In this document: positions 25,694 through 38,600 of the stretch, piece after piece | How positions within the stretch are numbered: the first letter of the stretch is position 1 | How the letters are laid out: every line of letters begins with the position of its first letter | NCBI GenBank assembly: GCA_000388065.2 | Contig: KB932205.1 | Strand: one strand, 5' to 3' | DNA: 64,000 nucleotides | Origin: Fonticula alba ATCC 38817 | Taxonomy: Eukaryota; Protista; Nucleariida | Translations under genes and position numbers: made by a program | Notes under the pieces: model-generated | Told to the model about the DNA's origin: nothing | Seen by the model: only the letters and a program-made list of their open reading frames with translations | Databases searched by the model: none

Positions 25694-26903
25694 TCAAAGG
25701 GAGATGGTGTTCATGATGCGGACCAAGTGCTCGGACACGGCCGAGCACACGCTGGCCCGGCAAATGGCGTCGCCAGGGGCGCGCCGTTGCAGGCGCAGGG
25801 CCAACCAGCGCCCCGAGAGCACCGAGAAGACATCCAGCCAGGTGCATGTGATGGCAAGCATCAGGGAGAAGGACGTCACAATCTGGGTCGAGGGGATGGT
25901 CACGGCCGGGGGGGCGGGCCCCGGCGGCCGGGCGGCCGCAATGGCCGCAAGACTCGCCAGCCAGCCATTCAGCCCGCCGGGGGCCAGGAGCCGGGTGACT
26001 TTCTCGGCCCCCACGAAGGCCGCCTCCATGCGGCCCAGGCACCAGGCGATCAGCTGCCCCAGGGCCTGGTCCAGCTTTGGCCGGTCGTCAGCCGACCGGG
26101 GGCCCAGGGCCACCATGGCCGCGGCTTGGATGTCCGCCGGCATGCGGAGCCCGGCCAGGGCGCCCTCGAGGGCCAGGCTGTCCGGCAGGGCGGCGGCCAG
26201 GGTGCCCAGGCGCCGGACAAGGGCCCGGTCGGCGGCGATGTCCGGCTTGAGGCCCAGCTCGCCGTCGGCCACGCTGGACGACAGCAGCATGACCGCCAGG
26301 AGCACCCGGTCCAGGCCGGCATCCTGGTCATCCACCTCCAGGGCCCGGTCCACGACTCGGAGGAGGGCGGCCGTTTCGCCGGCCAGCTCCTCCAGCAGGT
26401 AGACCTGGGCCGTGCTGGGCGGCCCGGCCGGGAGCATGCCATTCAGCATGGTCGGCACCGGGTGGTGCTCGGTCACCTGCAGCAGGTTGGTCGGGCGGGC
26501 CTGGCCGCCGGGGCCCCGCGCCAGCAGGGCATACATCAGCATGCGCGCCGGCCGGGTGGGGGCCCAGATGGTGATGTCGCGCAGGTGGCTGAACTGCGGC
26601 AGCAGCGGCAGGAAGAAGGCCTTCTGCCGGTCGCCGCGCTTGATGCCCTCCAGGAAGGTGTCCACCGTGAAGAGCCGCCGGTCGCCGGCCGCCTCCGGCG
26701 GGTACACCGCCCCGAAGCCCAGGTGGAAGAGCGGCAGGTGGAAGAACTCCTGGATCAGGGGCTGCAGCAGGGGCAGGGCCTTTTGGCATTGGCACCGGGG
26801 CTGCAGGGCCTCGGACCCGGGCTCCATGTCGGCCCCGGGGCCGGACTCGGCCCGGGGGGCCGGCAGTGCGGCCGCCAGCCCGGAGCCCATGGCCGCGGCC
26901 GTG

Positions 26904-26934
<31 letters not shown>

Positions 26935-29100
26935 GGCCCGGCGACCGCACTCCACCGGGGGCCGCCCGGCTTCCGCGGGGCGCACCGGGCTCGGGGCCGG
27001 CCTCGGTCGGCTGGCCGGCTGCCGGGCCCGGGCCCCGGGCCATGTCGGGCAGGTCCGCCGGTGGGAAGCCCGGCGGAGGGGTGGTGGCGTAGATGCACCA
27101 CGGGCTCCGGCTGTCCACCATGCGCTCCTTGGTCAGGTAGGTGGCGAGGCTCCGGGCCAGGGCCGGCAGGCTATCCCCACCGGGGGCCGCCAGGCCGGCA
27201 CTGAAGATCCCCAGGCAAAGGAGCACCCCATCGTGGATGTGCCGCGCGCCGAGGGGCTGCCCTGCCGGCGGGCCGAACTGGCCACTTTTCAGCAGCAGCG
27301 TGCCGATTCCGCTGCAATGGTGCAGGTGCCCCAGCAGCGCGGCCATATGGGCCCGATGCCGGCGAAAGGCCGCGTCCACTTCGCTACGGACGCCCGCCAG
27401 CCGGGCCTCCGGCCGGCGGAGGGCCTCTTCCAGGGCCGCCGGCTCCGGCAGCGCCGCCAGCACCGACCGCAAAAGGCGCCCCCGCATATGGGTGGCCCGG
27501 AGGATCTCCTGCCAGGAGGGCTTGAAGTTGGCCCCGGCCACCGGCCAGGCCTCCGACGTGGTATAGCACTCGGCCGTCTTTTTGAAGTACTGGCCGACCT
27601 TGCCATCGGGGAAGGGGTACCTCTGGAGGAGCAGGCCCACCCGGCCGTCCGGCGGGCCGAAGTCGCAGCCCATGATCAGCGGCAGCCAGGCCATCTTGGT
27701 GGCTGCCGAGCCCGGGGCGCGTGCCACGACGCGCGCGACCGGCGGCACACACGGCAACAACAACAACGCCAACGACACACAAACACACACACACACACAA
27801 ACATATATATACATGTATACACATCCACATGTGCAGACCACGGGGCCGGCCGGGTACAGACAGGGTCGGCACAGCACGGGATGGCATGGCATGGCGGTCA
27901 GCATCGGCTGTCTTGTCGTGGGGCGCCGGCGAGGCATGGCATACCGGTGGTTTCGAAGTAGCTGGCCAGATCGGCCGTCAGCAGGGTCCCCCCGAGGTAG
28001 GGCACGTCGTAGGTGGCCGAAGGCAGGAAGGTCGGCCGGCCATCGGGGGCGCTGCGGTCCAGGCGGAACTGCTTTTGGAAGATGGACATGGTCTTGACCC
28101 GGCCATAGCCATGCACAAAGAAGTCCGAGTCGTTGCTGCTCCACCGGCAAAGGGCACCAGGTCAGGGTCCAGGGGCGTGGCGGCGGGCCGCACGCGCGGC
28201 CTTGCACGGCCGGGCAAAGGAGCCGAAAGGGGCCGTGGCCGGCGGGAACCGGGGCGGGGGGGGGGGGGGGGGGGGGACAATAAGCGCACCTGAGCACCGG
28301 GGCGCCGAAGTACAGGCTCAGCAGGGCCAAAATGTCGTCGGCCTCCGTGAAGGAGCCGATGTAGGCCAGGCGCCCGGGGTCCCGGCGCGCCAGGGCCGTG
28401 AGATGACGCTGCACATTAAACAGGACATTGGTGAAGCCCATGACCACGCACATGGGCTCGGCGGGCGCGCGCCGGGCCGGACCCTTGCGATGCTTCTGTC
28501 GGCTTTGGTCGAGGACCTTCTGCAGGGTCGGGCACTCTTCATAGCATGAGGCCGGGAGGCAGTCGCCATGGTGCACGGCCCCGCGCAGGTGGTCCAGCGC
28601 CCTGTCCATGCGCCCGCCCCGGTAGTGAGACAGGTAGTCGGCCTGGCTGGCGCTCATGCTCTTGATTTTTTCATGGAAGCGGTTCAGCGCGGTGACCCCC
28701 TTCTCGGGTGCCTTCATGCCGTCGGAAACGAAGATCGCATAGATCTGCCCACGAGCAGGGGGGGGGGGGGGGGGGGGGGGGGGAGGGGGCCTGTGAGTCA
28801 GTTCCGGGCGTCGGCGGCCAGCCCGGCCATGTGCAACGCCCAGCCGTGGGGCCGCCAGCAACGCACCCCGTGGTGATTGAACCACTCGACCAGGGCATCC
28901 AGGTAGGGCACGATCAGGGGCGACTCGAAGCCCAGGCCGATGGTCTGCCCCTCGAAGAGGAAGGTACTTTCGTTGATGCCGTACAGCAGATTGCCCAGGT
29001 CGATGGGCAGCACTCGCAGGCCGTGCTCCCTCGAGGGCACCTCCTCCGGCTTTCGGAAGAGGCCCTTGGGAATGATGCTCGTCAGGCGGAAGACCCCCAT
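25694..29100 (-). CDS. XPG/FEN1-superfamily (Asteroid-like) nuclease, array copy 5 (~962 aa, 4 exons)
   Basis: Exons 29100-28867, 28744-28290, 28135-27945, 27702-25694, total 2889 nt in frame. Motifs MGVFRL, LPID, FVSDG..PEK, GSFTEADD, SNDSDF, LIMGCDF. Confidence 0.8.
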
Positions 29101-30124
29101 GGCGCGAGGGCCAGCAAGCCGGCACGGTGGGGGACAGGGCGAAGCGGCGCCCGGGCAGCTATCGGGTGGAGGGGGGGGAGGGGGCGGGGGGCGGCGGGGG
29201 GCGCGGGCGAGGGAGGGCGGCGAAGGCGGGAGGGAGGGGGCAAGCTGGGCGAGACAAGCGGATGGTGGCCACACAAGAAGGGCGACGGGCGAAGATCACA
29301 GGCATATGGGGCCAGCATGGCAGGAGGTTGGCGGTGTGCCCTGCAACAGGCCGGAGGATGCTCCCCCTGGGCGCTCATAAGACCGTCGGGCCCGCCCCCG
29401 AGCAGGAGCAGCCTCCCACACCGCGCCCGCCCACCCGCCCGCCAGCCTGGCCCTGCTCTGGCTCTGGGCCCGGGCAGCGACATTCTCCCCTTCCTCCGGC
29501 GCCGCCGAGCGGCGGCATGCTCGGGCCGCCGGATGACAGGCAGGCAGATACGCCTCCGAGTGAACTGTCTTGCTTGTTATTGTTTTTTTTTGTTGTTTTT
29601 TTCCCCGCCCTCCCCCAGGTGGGGCAAGCCCCGGCATTTGCTGTCGCGCAAGAAGATTCAAACGCTCCTGGGCGGAAAGTACAAAGACAGCGACTGCCTC
29701 GGGCCACTCCCCGGACGGATCGCTGTCCCCTGGCGACTCAACCTGCCTGAGGCGGAGGCGGAGGCGGAGGCGGAGGCGGCCGGCTCATGCGCGAGAATGC
29801 CCACAACACCCCTGCCACCCACAATCTCCGCCTGCCCTGGGGGACAGGAATACGGCCTCCCAGCCGGGCTCATGCGCCCTTCGGCCCCTCCGGCCCGGGC
29901 CGCGAGCCCCCCCCCCCCCCCCCAGGCATCTCGCTGACGCGATGACACCCAGCAGGGCAACATCCCGTGGCGGTGCGTGGTCACACGCTGGCGGGGCTTT
30001 TGTCGCGTTAATCGAATATATTGGGTTAAGCCGCGTAGTTTCCGGCTCGACCGGCCTCGCATCCGCCCCGCGCCAGTCCGCCGGCGGGGGGGGGGGCATG
30101 GGCAGGACGCCGAGCACTCGCGAG

Positions 30125-33100
30125 CTACGGATACTCGGTGTTCATCATGAGGAAAATACACTCAACCACGAAGGAGGGGCTCGGGATGCGACACATTTCG
30201 CGGCCGGGACCCCCCGCGGCCTGCTGCAGGTGCAGGGACAAACGCCGCCCGGCCAGTGTGGCATACACACTCAGCCAGGAAGAGGCCAGGGACTGGGTCA
30301 TGGCCATGGCGTTGAGCTTTTCTGGCGAGAAAAGGACCGTGTGCTTGGTGCGGGGCCGCTGCGGTGCGGGGAGCTCCTGCGCGGGAGCGTCCTGCACACG
30401 GGCGTCCTGCACACGGGCGTCCCGCACACGGGCGTCCCGCACCGGGGCGTCCCGCACAGGGGAACCCTGGTCGGAGGTCTGCTTCGGGGGAGATGGCCTT
30501 TCGGGGGCCTTCCTCCCGCGGGTGCGTTTGCCCTGGGCCCCATCGGCCGAGCCCTTCTTTGGGGGATCCTTCGCAGGATGTGCCTCCTCCGGGGCTGGGC
30601 ATGCCGGGGCCTGGCCTTGGGACGCCCGGTCGGCCTCGGTCTGCGCGCGCAGTTTCGGCCGCGGGGCCCGAGGCTCTGCCGGGGATTGGCCCGACAGGGA
30701 CAGGGCCGAGTGAGCCGGAAGAAGGGCCTGCTTGGACGATGCCCTTCTCCGGCGGCCCGACTTGGCCATGGGTGAATCCTCCGAGGCCTCCTCGGCCACG
30801 CTCTGCGCTGGGGCTCGCGTTGGTGGCGTGGCCCCTGCCGATGCCGCCGGCACCGGGGAGGCGTGCCTCGCTCGGGGCTGCTCGGGCGGAATCGGCTCCT
30901 CGTCGGACACCGTGAGCCGCTCTACCTGCGCAGCCAGGGCCACCTCCACACCCGAGGGACAGGCCACCTGCACGCCGACATCCGTCCCGGGAGGCAGGCC
31001 GATGAAGGCGGCAGTGGCCCGCCGGGCACAGTACTCCAGGATGTACTGCGAAAAGCGAAGGTCCCCGGCAGGAGCCAAGGCCCGCCCGGCCACGCTACTG
31101 ACATCCCTTGGCAGGCCGAGCGAACGCAGATACTCCTCGATGGCCGGGTGGTCCTCCCGGGCCAGGACGGCCGTCAGCTCCCGGAGGAGCTGCAGGTCTT
31201 GGCCGATCTCCTCCGGGCCGGGGGGGCTGCCGGAATGGCGGTCCGCCAGGAGGATCATCAGCAGCAGCAGCCGGTCAAGGGCATGGCCCTCACGGTCGGC
31301 CCCCAGCAGCTGGTCCACGCGCTGCAGCAGCGGCATCACATCGAGGCAGGCCGTTTCGTAAGTGCGCATGACACATGCCGGAGCGGCGGGGAAGTGCCCG
31401 CCCAATTGGAAGGGCAGCGGCTCATACTCGACCACCCGAAGGAGGTCGGACGCCTGGTGCCGGCCGGCCGGGCCACGGGCCAGCAGGGCGTACGCCAGGA
31501 AGCGCGCCTGGCGAACGGGATTCCACACGGACACACCCTCTCGCAGGCCGAACTGAGGCATCCGCGGCAGGTGGAAGGTAACCTGGTGGGCGGCGCGGCC
31601 GCGCGACGCGAGGAAACTGTCGACCGCCATCGGTCGCAGCGGCGCCGGGGCCTCGGCATGCGTCGAGCAGAAGGCCGAGTGGACTTGCGACGACAGGAGA
31701 TTCTCCTGGAGGTGGGCTTGCGCCAGGTACAGCGCGTGCCTGCACTGGCACCGGGGAGCGGCTCGCGGGGATCTGAAGCGCTGCGGCGGCGGGCCGCCGG
31801 CCGGGGGGGAGAAGCTCGGCGGCGGCCGCGGCGAAAAGATGCACCACTTATTTCGAGGCCGCACGAACCGGGAGTTTGTCAGGTAGTTTTGGAGCTCCAG
31901 CGCAAACTCCCCCAGACGCCGGCTCCCGGCCTGGGCCCCGAGGCTGGCATCGAAGATGCCCAAATTCAACAGGATCCCATCGTGGATTTGCTTGACCCCC
32001 ATGTGGGGGAATCTCGGCCGCAGGTGCCTCTCCTTGAGCATGAGCGTCCCGGCGCCGCAGCTGGTCTGAAGGTGCTCCAGCAGGCCCGGCAGCAGGTCCT
32101 GATGCTGCAGCATCGGCAGGGCCAAGCTGAAGGGGATCCCCAGGTCCAGCTCCTCCGGGACCTGGACGAATTGCGCCAAGTCGGCCGGCTCCGGCAGGGC
32201 CTGGAAAATGGCACACAAGTCCTCCCGGGACAGGTTGGCATTCTTCACATACATCGACCAGTTGGACTTGAAGTTGGTCCCGCCGGACATCGGCCACGGG
32301 GTGTCCTGCAGCACGTAGCCCGGCTGGGCGCCCTGGAAGAAGGCCCGCAGAGAACCCCACCGCTTGGGGTCCATGTCGGCATTCTCCAGGAAAACTCTCC
32401 ACAGGCGTCCATCCGGCGGGCCGAAGTCCGCGCCCATGATCAGGGGGAGCCAGGCAAGCTTCGTGGCTGATGCTCGAGAGGGTGAGATGCGGCAGGCGGG
32501 CTGTCCGGCGGGTGGCCATGCGAGAAAGACCCCCCCCCCCTGCTCCCCGCGCGCGCCCTGTGCCTCCTGTGCCGCTGCGGCCCGGGAAGCGTGGTCAGCC
32601 CAACGCACAAGTGGTTTCACAGAGAGAAGCCAAGGAAGACGACAGAATAACCTCAGCGCGGATGGGCTTGTGAAAGCCCGACCCCGGCATGAAGACCGGC
32701 CGGCCATCGGGACCACTGCGCTTGAGGATGAATTGCTTCCGGAAGAGGGAGGAGGTCTTCATGCGGCCGAAGCCGTGGACGATGAAATCCGAGTCATCAC
32801 TGCATCACGGTCGGGAGGGGGAAATGAGAGGGCCAGGTCAGGAGGCGCGGAAGGGGTGACGGAGAGGAGGGAGCAGAGGAGCGCCGGCAACACACGTACC
32901 CGAGCACCGGCGCACTGAAATAGAGACTAAGCAGGGTCAGCAAATCATCGGCCTCGGTGAAGCAGGAGACGAAGGCCAGACGATCGGGGTACTGCCGGGC
33001 CAGGCGACCCAGCTGGTGCTGGATGTTGAGGCGAATGTTGGGAAGGGCGATGCCGGAGCTGTCGCGCCGGTGGAGGACCAGAGAGGAGGAGGGAGGCCGG

Positions 33101-33995
33101 GCAAAAGGCATCAGTACTTCGGCCCCCGGAAAAAGACCTTTAAGAAGGGCGCGCCAAAAGCCGGCATGCGGGTGCTACCTGAGTTTCCGGAAAGCCGCCA
33201 GTGAGTCGTCCTTCTGGCCGAGGGAGAGCTGCTGCAGGTAATTCTCCAGCGCCAAATTCAGCGACCGCGTCTTGCTCCGGAACCGCTCGTGCACGGTGAC
33301 GCTCTTCTCCGGGGGGTCAAGACCATCGGCCACGAAGATGGGAAAAATCTACCAGTGTGCAGCATGACGGGGGAGGGAGGGGAGGGGAGGGAGAGGCAGA
33401 GGGGGATGCAGAGGGGGATGCAGAGGGGGATGCAGAGGGGGATGCAGGGGGGGGGCGAGACACATCGGCCCAGGGGGGNNNNNNNNNNNNNNNNNNNNNN
33501 NNNNNNNNNNNNNNNNNNNNNNNNNNNNNNNNNNNNNNNNNNNNNNNAGAGGGGGATGCAGAGGGGGATGCAGAGAGAGAGGGAGGGGAGAGGAGGGAGA
33601 GGCAGAGAGAGAGGCAGAGAGAGAAGCAGAGGGAGAGAAGCAGAGGGAGAGAAGCAGAGGGAGAGAGAGATAGTTAAAGGAGATGTCCGGCAGCGGAGAG
33701 TGCAAAGCGCCGGGGTCGGGAGGAGACAACGGGCAGCAAGGGGCAGCAATTTTGCACGAACACTGTGATGGGCCAGCCACCCACAATATGCCTCCAGGTA
33801 GGGAGCAATGAGGCACGGATCAAAGGCAATCCCTCGGGCCTGGCCGGCATAGAGATTCCGGCTGTGCGTCAGGTCAAACATAAAACCGCCAAGGTCGACC
33901 GGCATCACGCGCAGCCCATTCCGCGGCGAGGAGATGATCCACGACCGAGAGGGAACATGCTCCTCGATGAGGGTGGTAAGACGGAAAACACCCAT
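30125..33995 (-). CDS. XPG/FEN1-superfamily (Asteroid-like) nuclease, array copy 6 (~1031 aa, 5 exons)
   Basis: Exons 33995-33762, 33348-33179, 33058-32900, 32799-32609, 32466-30125, total 3096 nt in frame. Motifs MGVFRL, MPVD, FVADG..PEK, SCFTEADD, GDDSDF, LIMGADF. Confidence 0.8.
33395..33575. repeat. 12-nt intronic tandem repeat (agagggggatgc) spanning a gap in intron 1 of copy 6
   Basis: Units present on both sides of the N run starting at 33479. Confidence 0.88.
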
Positions 33996-35679
33996 CGCCG
34001 ATTTTCGATAGGGGAGGGGGGGGGGGAGGGATATGAAAAGCCGATCACCCGTGGACCAGGCGGGGGGCTCTTTGACTTGAGTGCCAACTGCCCATCGGGC
34101 CATGCTCCCACCAAGTTGTTCAATGCCCTCCTGGGGGCGGGGGACACACATGGCAAGCGGGGGCTTCCCGCCGCCGGGGCCACCGCCGACTCTGACGCCA
34201 CCAAAAAAACGGCCATCCAAGGGCAGAACAGCCGGCGGAAACTCCGCCGGGCCGGGCTTTTTTCACCTCATGGTCTGCGCGCCGGGCCGTCGCCCGGGTG
34301 TGGCTCCGCCCGGCCCCCCTCCTGGGCACACTTCGCAGTGTGGGAAAACATGGAAAGAAAAAACCCCGCAGTTGGACACGTCTTCGGAGCCTCGCAAACG
34401 CCCAGCAGAGCAGGGTCGTTATTTCACTGAATTACAGGCCACCAACAAAGGCCCATTCCAGTTAAGTACATCCGCCCCCGTACCCCGTCTGGGGAGGAAA
34501 ATCCGCCCGCCAATCGTGCCCGCCACATTGGGCCCGGATGCGGCGGGGGGCGGGGGGCTCGAGCACCGCGACCGGCCCCGCTGGTCCGGCTGGCCCCCCG
34601 ACCGGGGTGGTTTGAACAGTGTTGAGCCCGCCGCGGAACTCCCCAAAGCCCTCAATCACCCATGTTGAAGTTGTTTGACTCCTCCAAGGAAATGGAGCAT
34701 CCACCGCGCAGGGGGTGAGGGGGGGGGGGGGGGCGAGGAAGAACAACCACACAGGCAAGCCGGCAATCGAAGGGCACAGGGGGGGGGGGGGGGGGGGGGG
34801 GGGGGACGCACTCGCACCCCGCACGACCTGCCCTGTGCAGATATGCATTTACCTCCTCCCCCCATACGCCCGGGCATCCGCCGCCACCTCTCGCTCCGGA
34901 GGGTTGCCCGGGACCTGAGCTCGCATTCAGGGCTTGCGCCACGCGGGGTCCCCCCTCAGGGAGCCACATCGCCGGGTCCAGAGATTGCCCTTGAACGTGG
35001 GAAGGGGTCGGCCCTCGCACTTGACACCATTCTTGGCCCGGGTCAGGAGCTTGGACACGCTGCCATCACGGTGTATCGGGCTGTTCCCTCGTGAGACGCC
35101 GCTGGGCGGCTGGTGCGCTGGAAGTCGGAGCACGGGCAAAGGGATGGCCCTCTCAGGAGGGCTGCCGGGGCCGCCGAATGGGGGCCGGAGCCGGTCGTTG
35201 GGCGACCATTCCGGGCCATAGGTGCGCGCCTTTCCCGGCCCCACTCGCGCCCGATCGGTTTCCCCGGGAGGGGGGGGGAGCGCTCGCCCCCCGGCGGGGC
35301 CATGCCCACCAGGTATGGGGGGGGGGGGGGGGGGGCCTTCTCGCTGAGCACTCAACACCAGGCTCCCCGGCCCTCGTGCCATGCCCCGGCGTGTACACGA
35401 CTCGCAAAGCAGCCACAGCCCAACTCCACGACCCGAGAGCCCTAGCGCGAACTGGTCAGGCGACGCCCACCCATCCGTCCCCCCGCCCGTCCTCCACTGA
35501 GCACGACTACCGGCCCGACGCCCCGATGCCCACACCGACATCGACCAGCCAAGCCGGAGAATGGCATGCGTGGAAATGCACACGGCAACACACGCCACTC
35601 TGTCTATTTGCGCCCGCCCACGGGCGAGCGAGGGGGAGGGGGGGGGGGGGGGGGGGAGGAGAAGCCCGGAACATGTGCA

Positions 35680-38600
35680 CTAAAGCGAGACGCTATTCAT
35701 GAGACTGAGGAGGCGCCCCACCACCAGGGAGCCGGACGAGCCATGGAAGACATCCACCTCGGCCGGGCCCCGCTGCAACTGGAGGGATAACTGGCGTCCG
35801 GCCAGGGCAGCATAGACATCCAGCCACGAATCAAGCGTGGCCAAGGCCAGGGCAAAGGCTTGCAGTCGCTCCGGCGATGGGAGGAGACGCGAGCCTTCGG
35901 CGGCGGATGCCGAGCTCCTGGCCCTCTGTGACGCCACAGAGGCAGCCTTGGCCGCCGCCTTGGCCGCCGCCTTGGCCGCCGCCTTGGCCTTCTGCTGGGC
36001 CTTCCGCTGGGCCTTCCGCTGGGCCTTCTTCTGGGAACTCTTGGTAGATGCGGCCTCGGGGTCCGAGTCTGGCTCGGCGCCTGGCGTCGCCTCAGGGGAG
36101 GGGCCCTCCGCCGGCAGCATGGGACACCGGGGCGGGGCGACCCCCGGGGGCTCGGTGTCGTGAGAGTCAGTGTCTGAAGGGCCCGCCAGGGGAGGAGTGT
36201 CAGGCCGCCGGGCCAGCCGGCCAGTGAGATCCTCCTCGGCCGAGGGAATGTCACCCATGGTCCGCATGGGAATAGCCTCCACGCCCAGCCGCTTCAGGCA
36301 CCAGCTGATGGTGTCTTGGATGGCCGCGTCATGGGCGATCAGGGCATGTCGAGCCGCGCGCAGGACCCCGGTGCCCTGCTCTTCCAGGTGCTTCACCGGG
36401 ACCAAGGCCCGGGCTGCCGGCTGGTATGCCTCCTCCGGCAGGCCCATCGCACCGAGAAGGGACTCGATGTCGGAAATGGTGGCCGGCGTGGCCACCAGGG
36501 CGGCGAGAGCCCGCACGAGCTCCATGTCATCCGGGGCCCGGTCCAGGCAATGCCTGTCCAGGGAAGCCACCGACAGGAGAACGGCCCCGAGGAGAATGCG
36601 ATCCAGGGCCGCCCCGTCGTCGGTGGCCAGGGCCGCATCCACACGCTGCAGGAGGGTCGTCGTCGAGGAGCACCGAGTGTCCAGGGCATAGGTGCGCACC
36701 GTGGCCGGCGGCCCGAAGGGCACCTGGCCGGCCGGTGGCATTGGCAAGGCCTGGTGCTCGAGGATCTCCCGCGGGTCCGACGCCTGGGACCGGCCAGCCG
36801 GGCCACGCGCCAACAGTGTGTACGCCAGCCATCGCATGGGCCGCGCCGACTCCCACACCGAGGCCCCGTCCAATTGCGGCAGGTGCGGCAGGAAAAACAT
36901 CAGCCGGTGAGCTCCCCGCGCCCGGGCCTGGAGAAAGTCCTCCACCATCGGCAAGCGCAGGGGGGCCGGCACCTCGGCATGCGCCGAGCAGAAGCCCGAG
37001 TGATACATCGGCAACCGCAGACACTCCTGCGCCTGGAACTGGGACAGATAGAGCGAGTCCCAGCAATGGCAGCGCACCCCGGGCGTATCGACCCCCGGGT
37101 GAGCCCCACCCCCGGGGTCAGCGGCCCAGGCGCGGGCACGATCCCGGGCTTCGGCCGCGGCCACCACGCCGGCTCGCACCGCGGCCTCGGCACCGGCATG
37201 CGCGCCGATCTGCCCGGCACTCTGCGCACCGGAGGCCATGCCGGCCTTGGCCCCGGCCTCGGCCCCGGCCCTGGCAGCACGGGCAGCCCAGGCCCGAGCC
37301 TTGGCCTCGGCACTGGCCAATGCCGCCGCCCGGTCGGCCTGCCGGGCAGTCACCAGCGCCTCGGCCTCGGCACCAACCAGGGCACCGGCCCGGGCACCGG
37401 CCTCGGCCCCGGCCCGGGCCCCGGCCTGGGCGCCGGCTCGCGCGCCAATCTTGGCACCGACACGCGCTCCGGCCTCGGCACCAGCCCGGGCCACTGCCCG
37501 GGCGACGGCCTTCGCATTGGCCCGCGCGCCCATGCGCCTGCCCACATTTACGCCAGCACGTGTGCCCGCCTCGGCCGCGGCCTCGATGATGCTCTCCGCC
37601 AGGGAGGCCATGTCGGCCTCGTGGCCGGCCTTCTCGCCGGCCTTCCTGCCGGCCCTCTCGCCGGCTCGGGTTGCAGCCCTCGGGGTGATCTTCGCCGGCA
37701 CTGGAGGAGACTCCACCATGGCCGGGGGATTTGGAGGCTCGGCCGCCTGTGCAGGGGCCTTCTTGCCTTTGCGCTTGGCCTTCTTCCTGGAGGCGGTATC
37801 CTTGTTGGTGTCGTCGGCCTTGGCCGCGGCGGCCTTGAGCGCGGCCTTTTTCGCTTCCTTTTCCTGGAGAGCAAGCCAAGCCGCCCTCTTGGCAGCGGCA
37901 GCGGTGGCCGTCTGCGCAGCCGCATGGAAGGTGTCCGCAGGGAGTGTCTCAAGCAACCCCACAAGGTCCACGTGCAAAAGGGCCGCAGAGGTGAGCTCCT
38001 CCGAGTCTTTGGTGGCGACCTTCATCGCTTCAAGCACAGTGGTCTTGACCAGGTAATTTGAAATGCCATTGGAAGACGGGCCGCGTCCTGGGGAAGAGCC
38101 CTCCCCCGAGGAAGCAGGCCCCGGGGTCTCGCCCGGGCCCTCCTCGGCGCCCTCCATGAAAGCGGCCGAGCCTGCTGCCAGCCGGGCGGCCGCGATGCCG
38201 GGCGGCTTCGGCGCCAATGCCGGCGCCGGGCGCTTGGCCAGGATGCACCATGGATGCCAGGGACTGATCACACGATCGGACACCAGGAAGGAACGCAGCT
38301 CGGTGAAGAATCTCAACAGCGGCTCCTCCTCCGGGCCGAGGACCGTCTGCGCCCCGAAAAGACCCAGGCACAGGAGGACCCCATCAAAAAGCCACTTCAG
38401 GACTTGGGGGTCCTGCTGTTGGGCGAGCGCGCCGTCGAGGGATGTCCTGTGAACAGAATCCTTCAGCATGAGGGCCGCCGGGCCGGCACACCGGCGCAAG
38501 TACGCCAAGACCGGAGGCAAGTGGCTCCGGTGCTCCAGCATGGCGAGCAGCACCTCATGCGGGACATCCGGCGGCGAGGCCATCGGGTCATCGAGGAACT

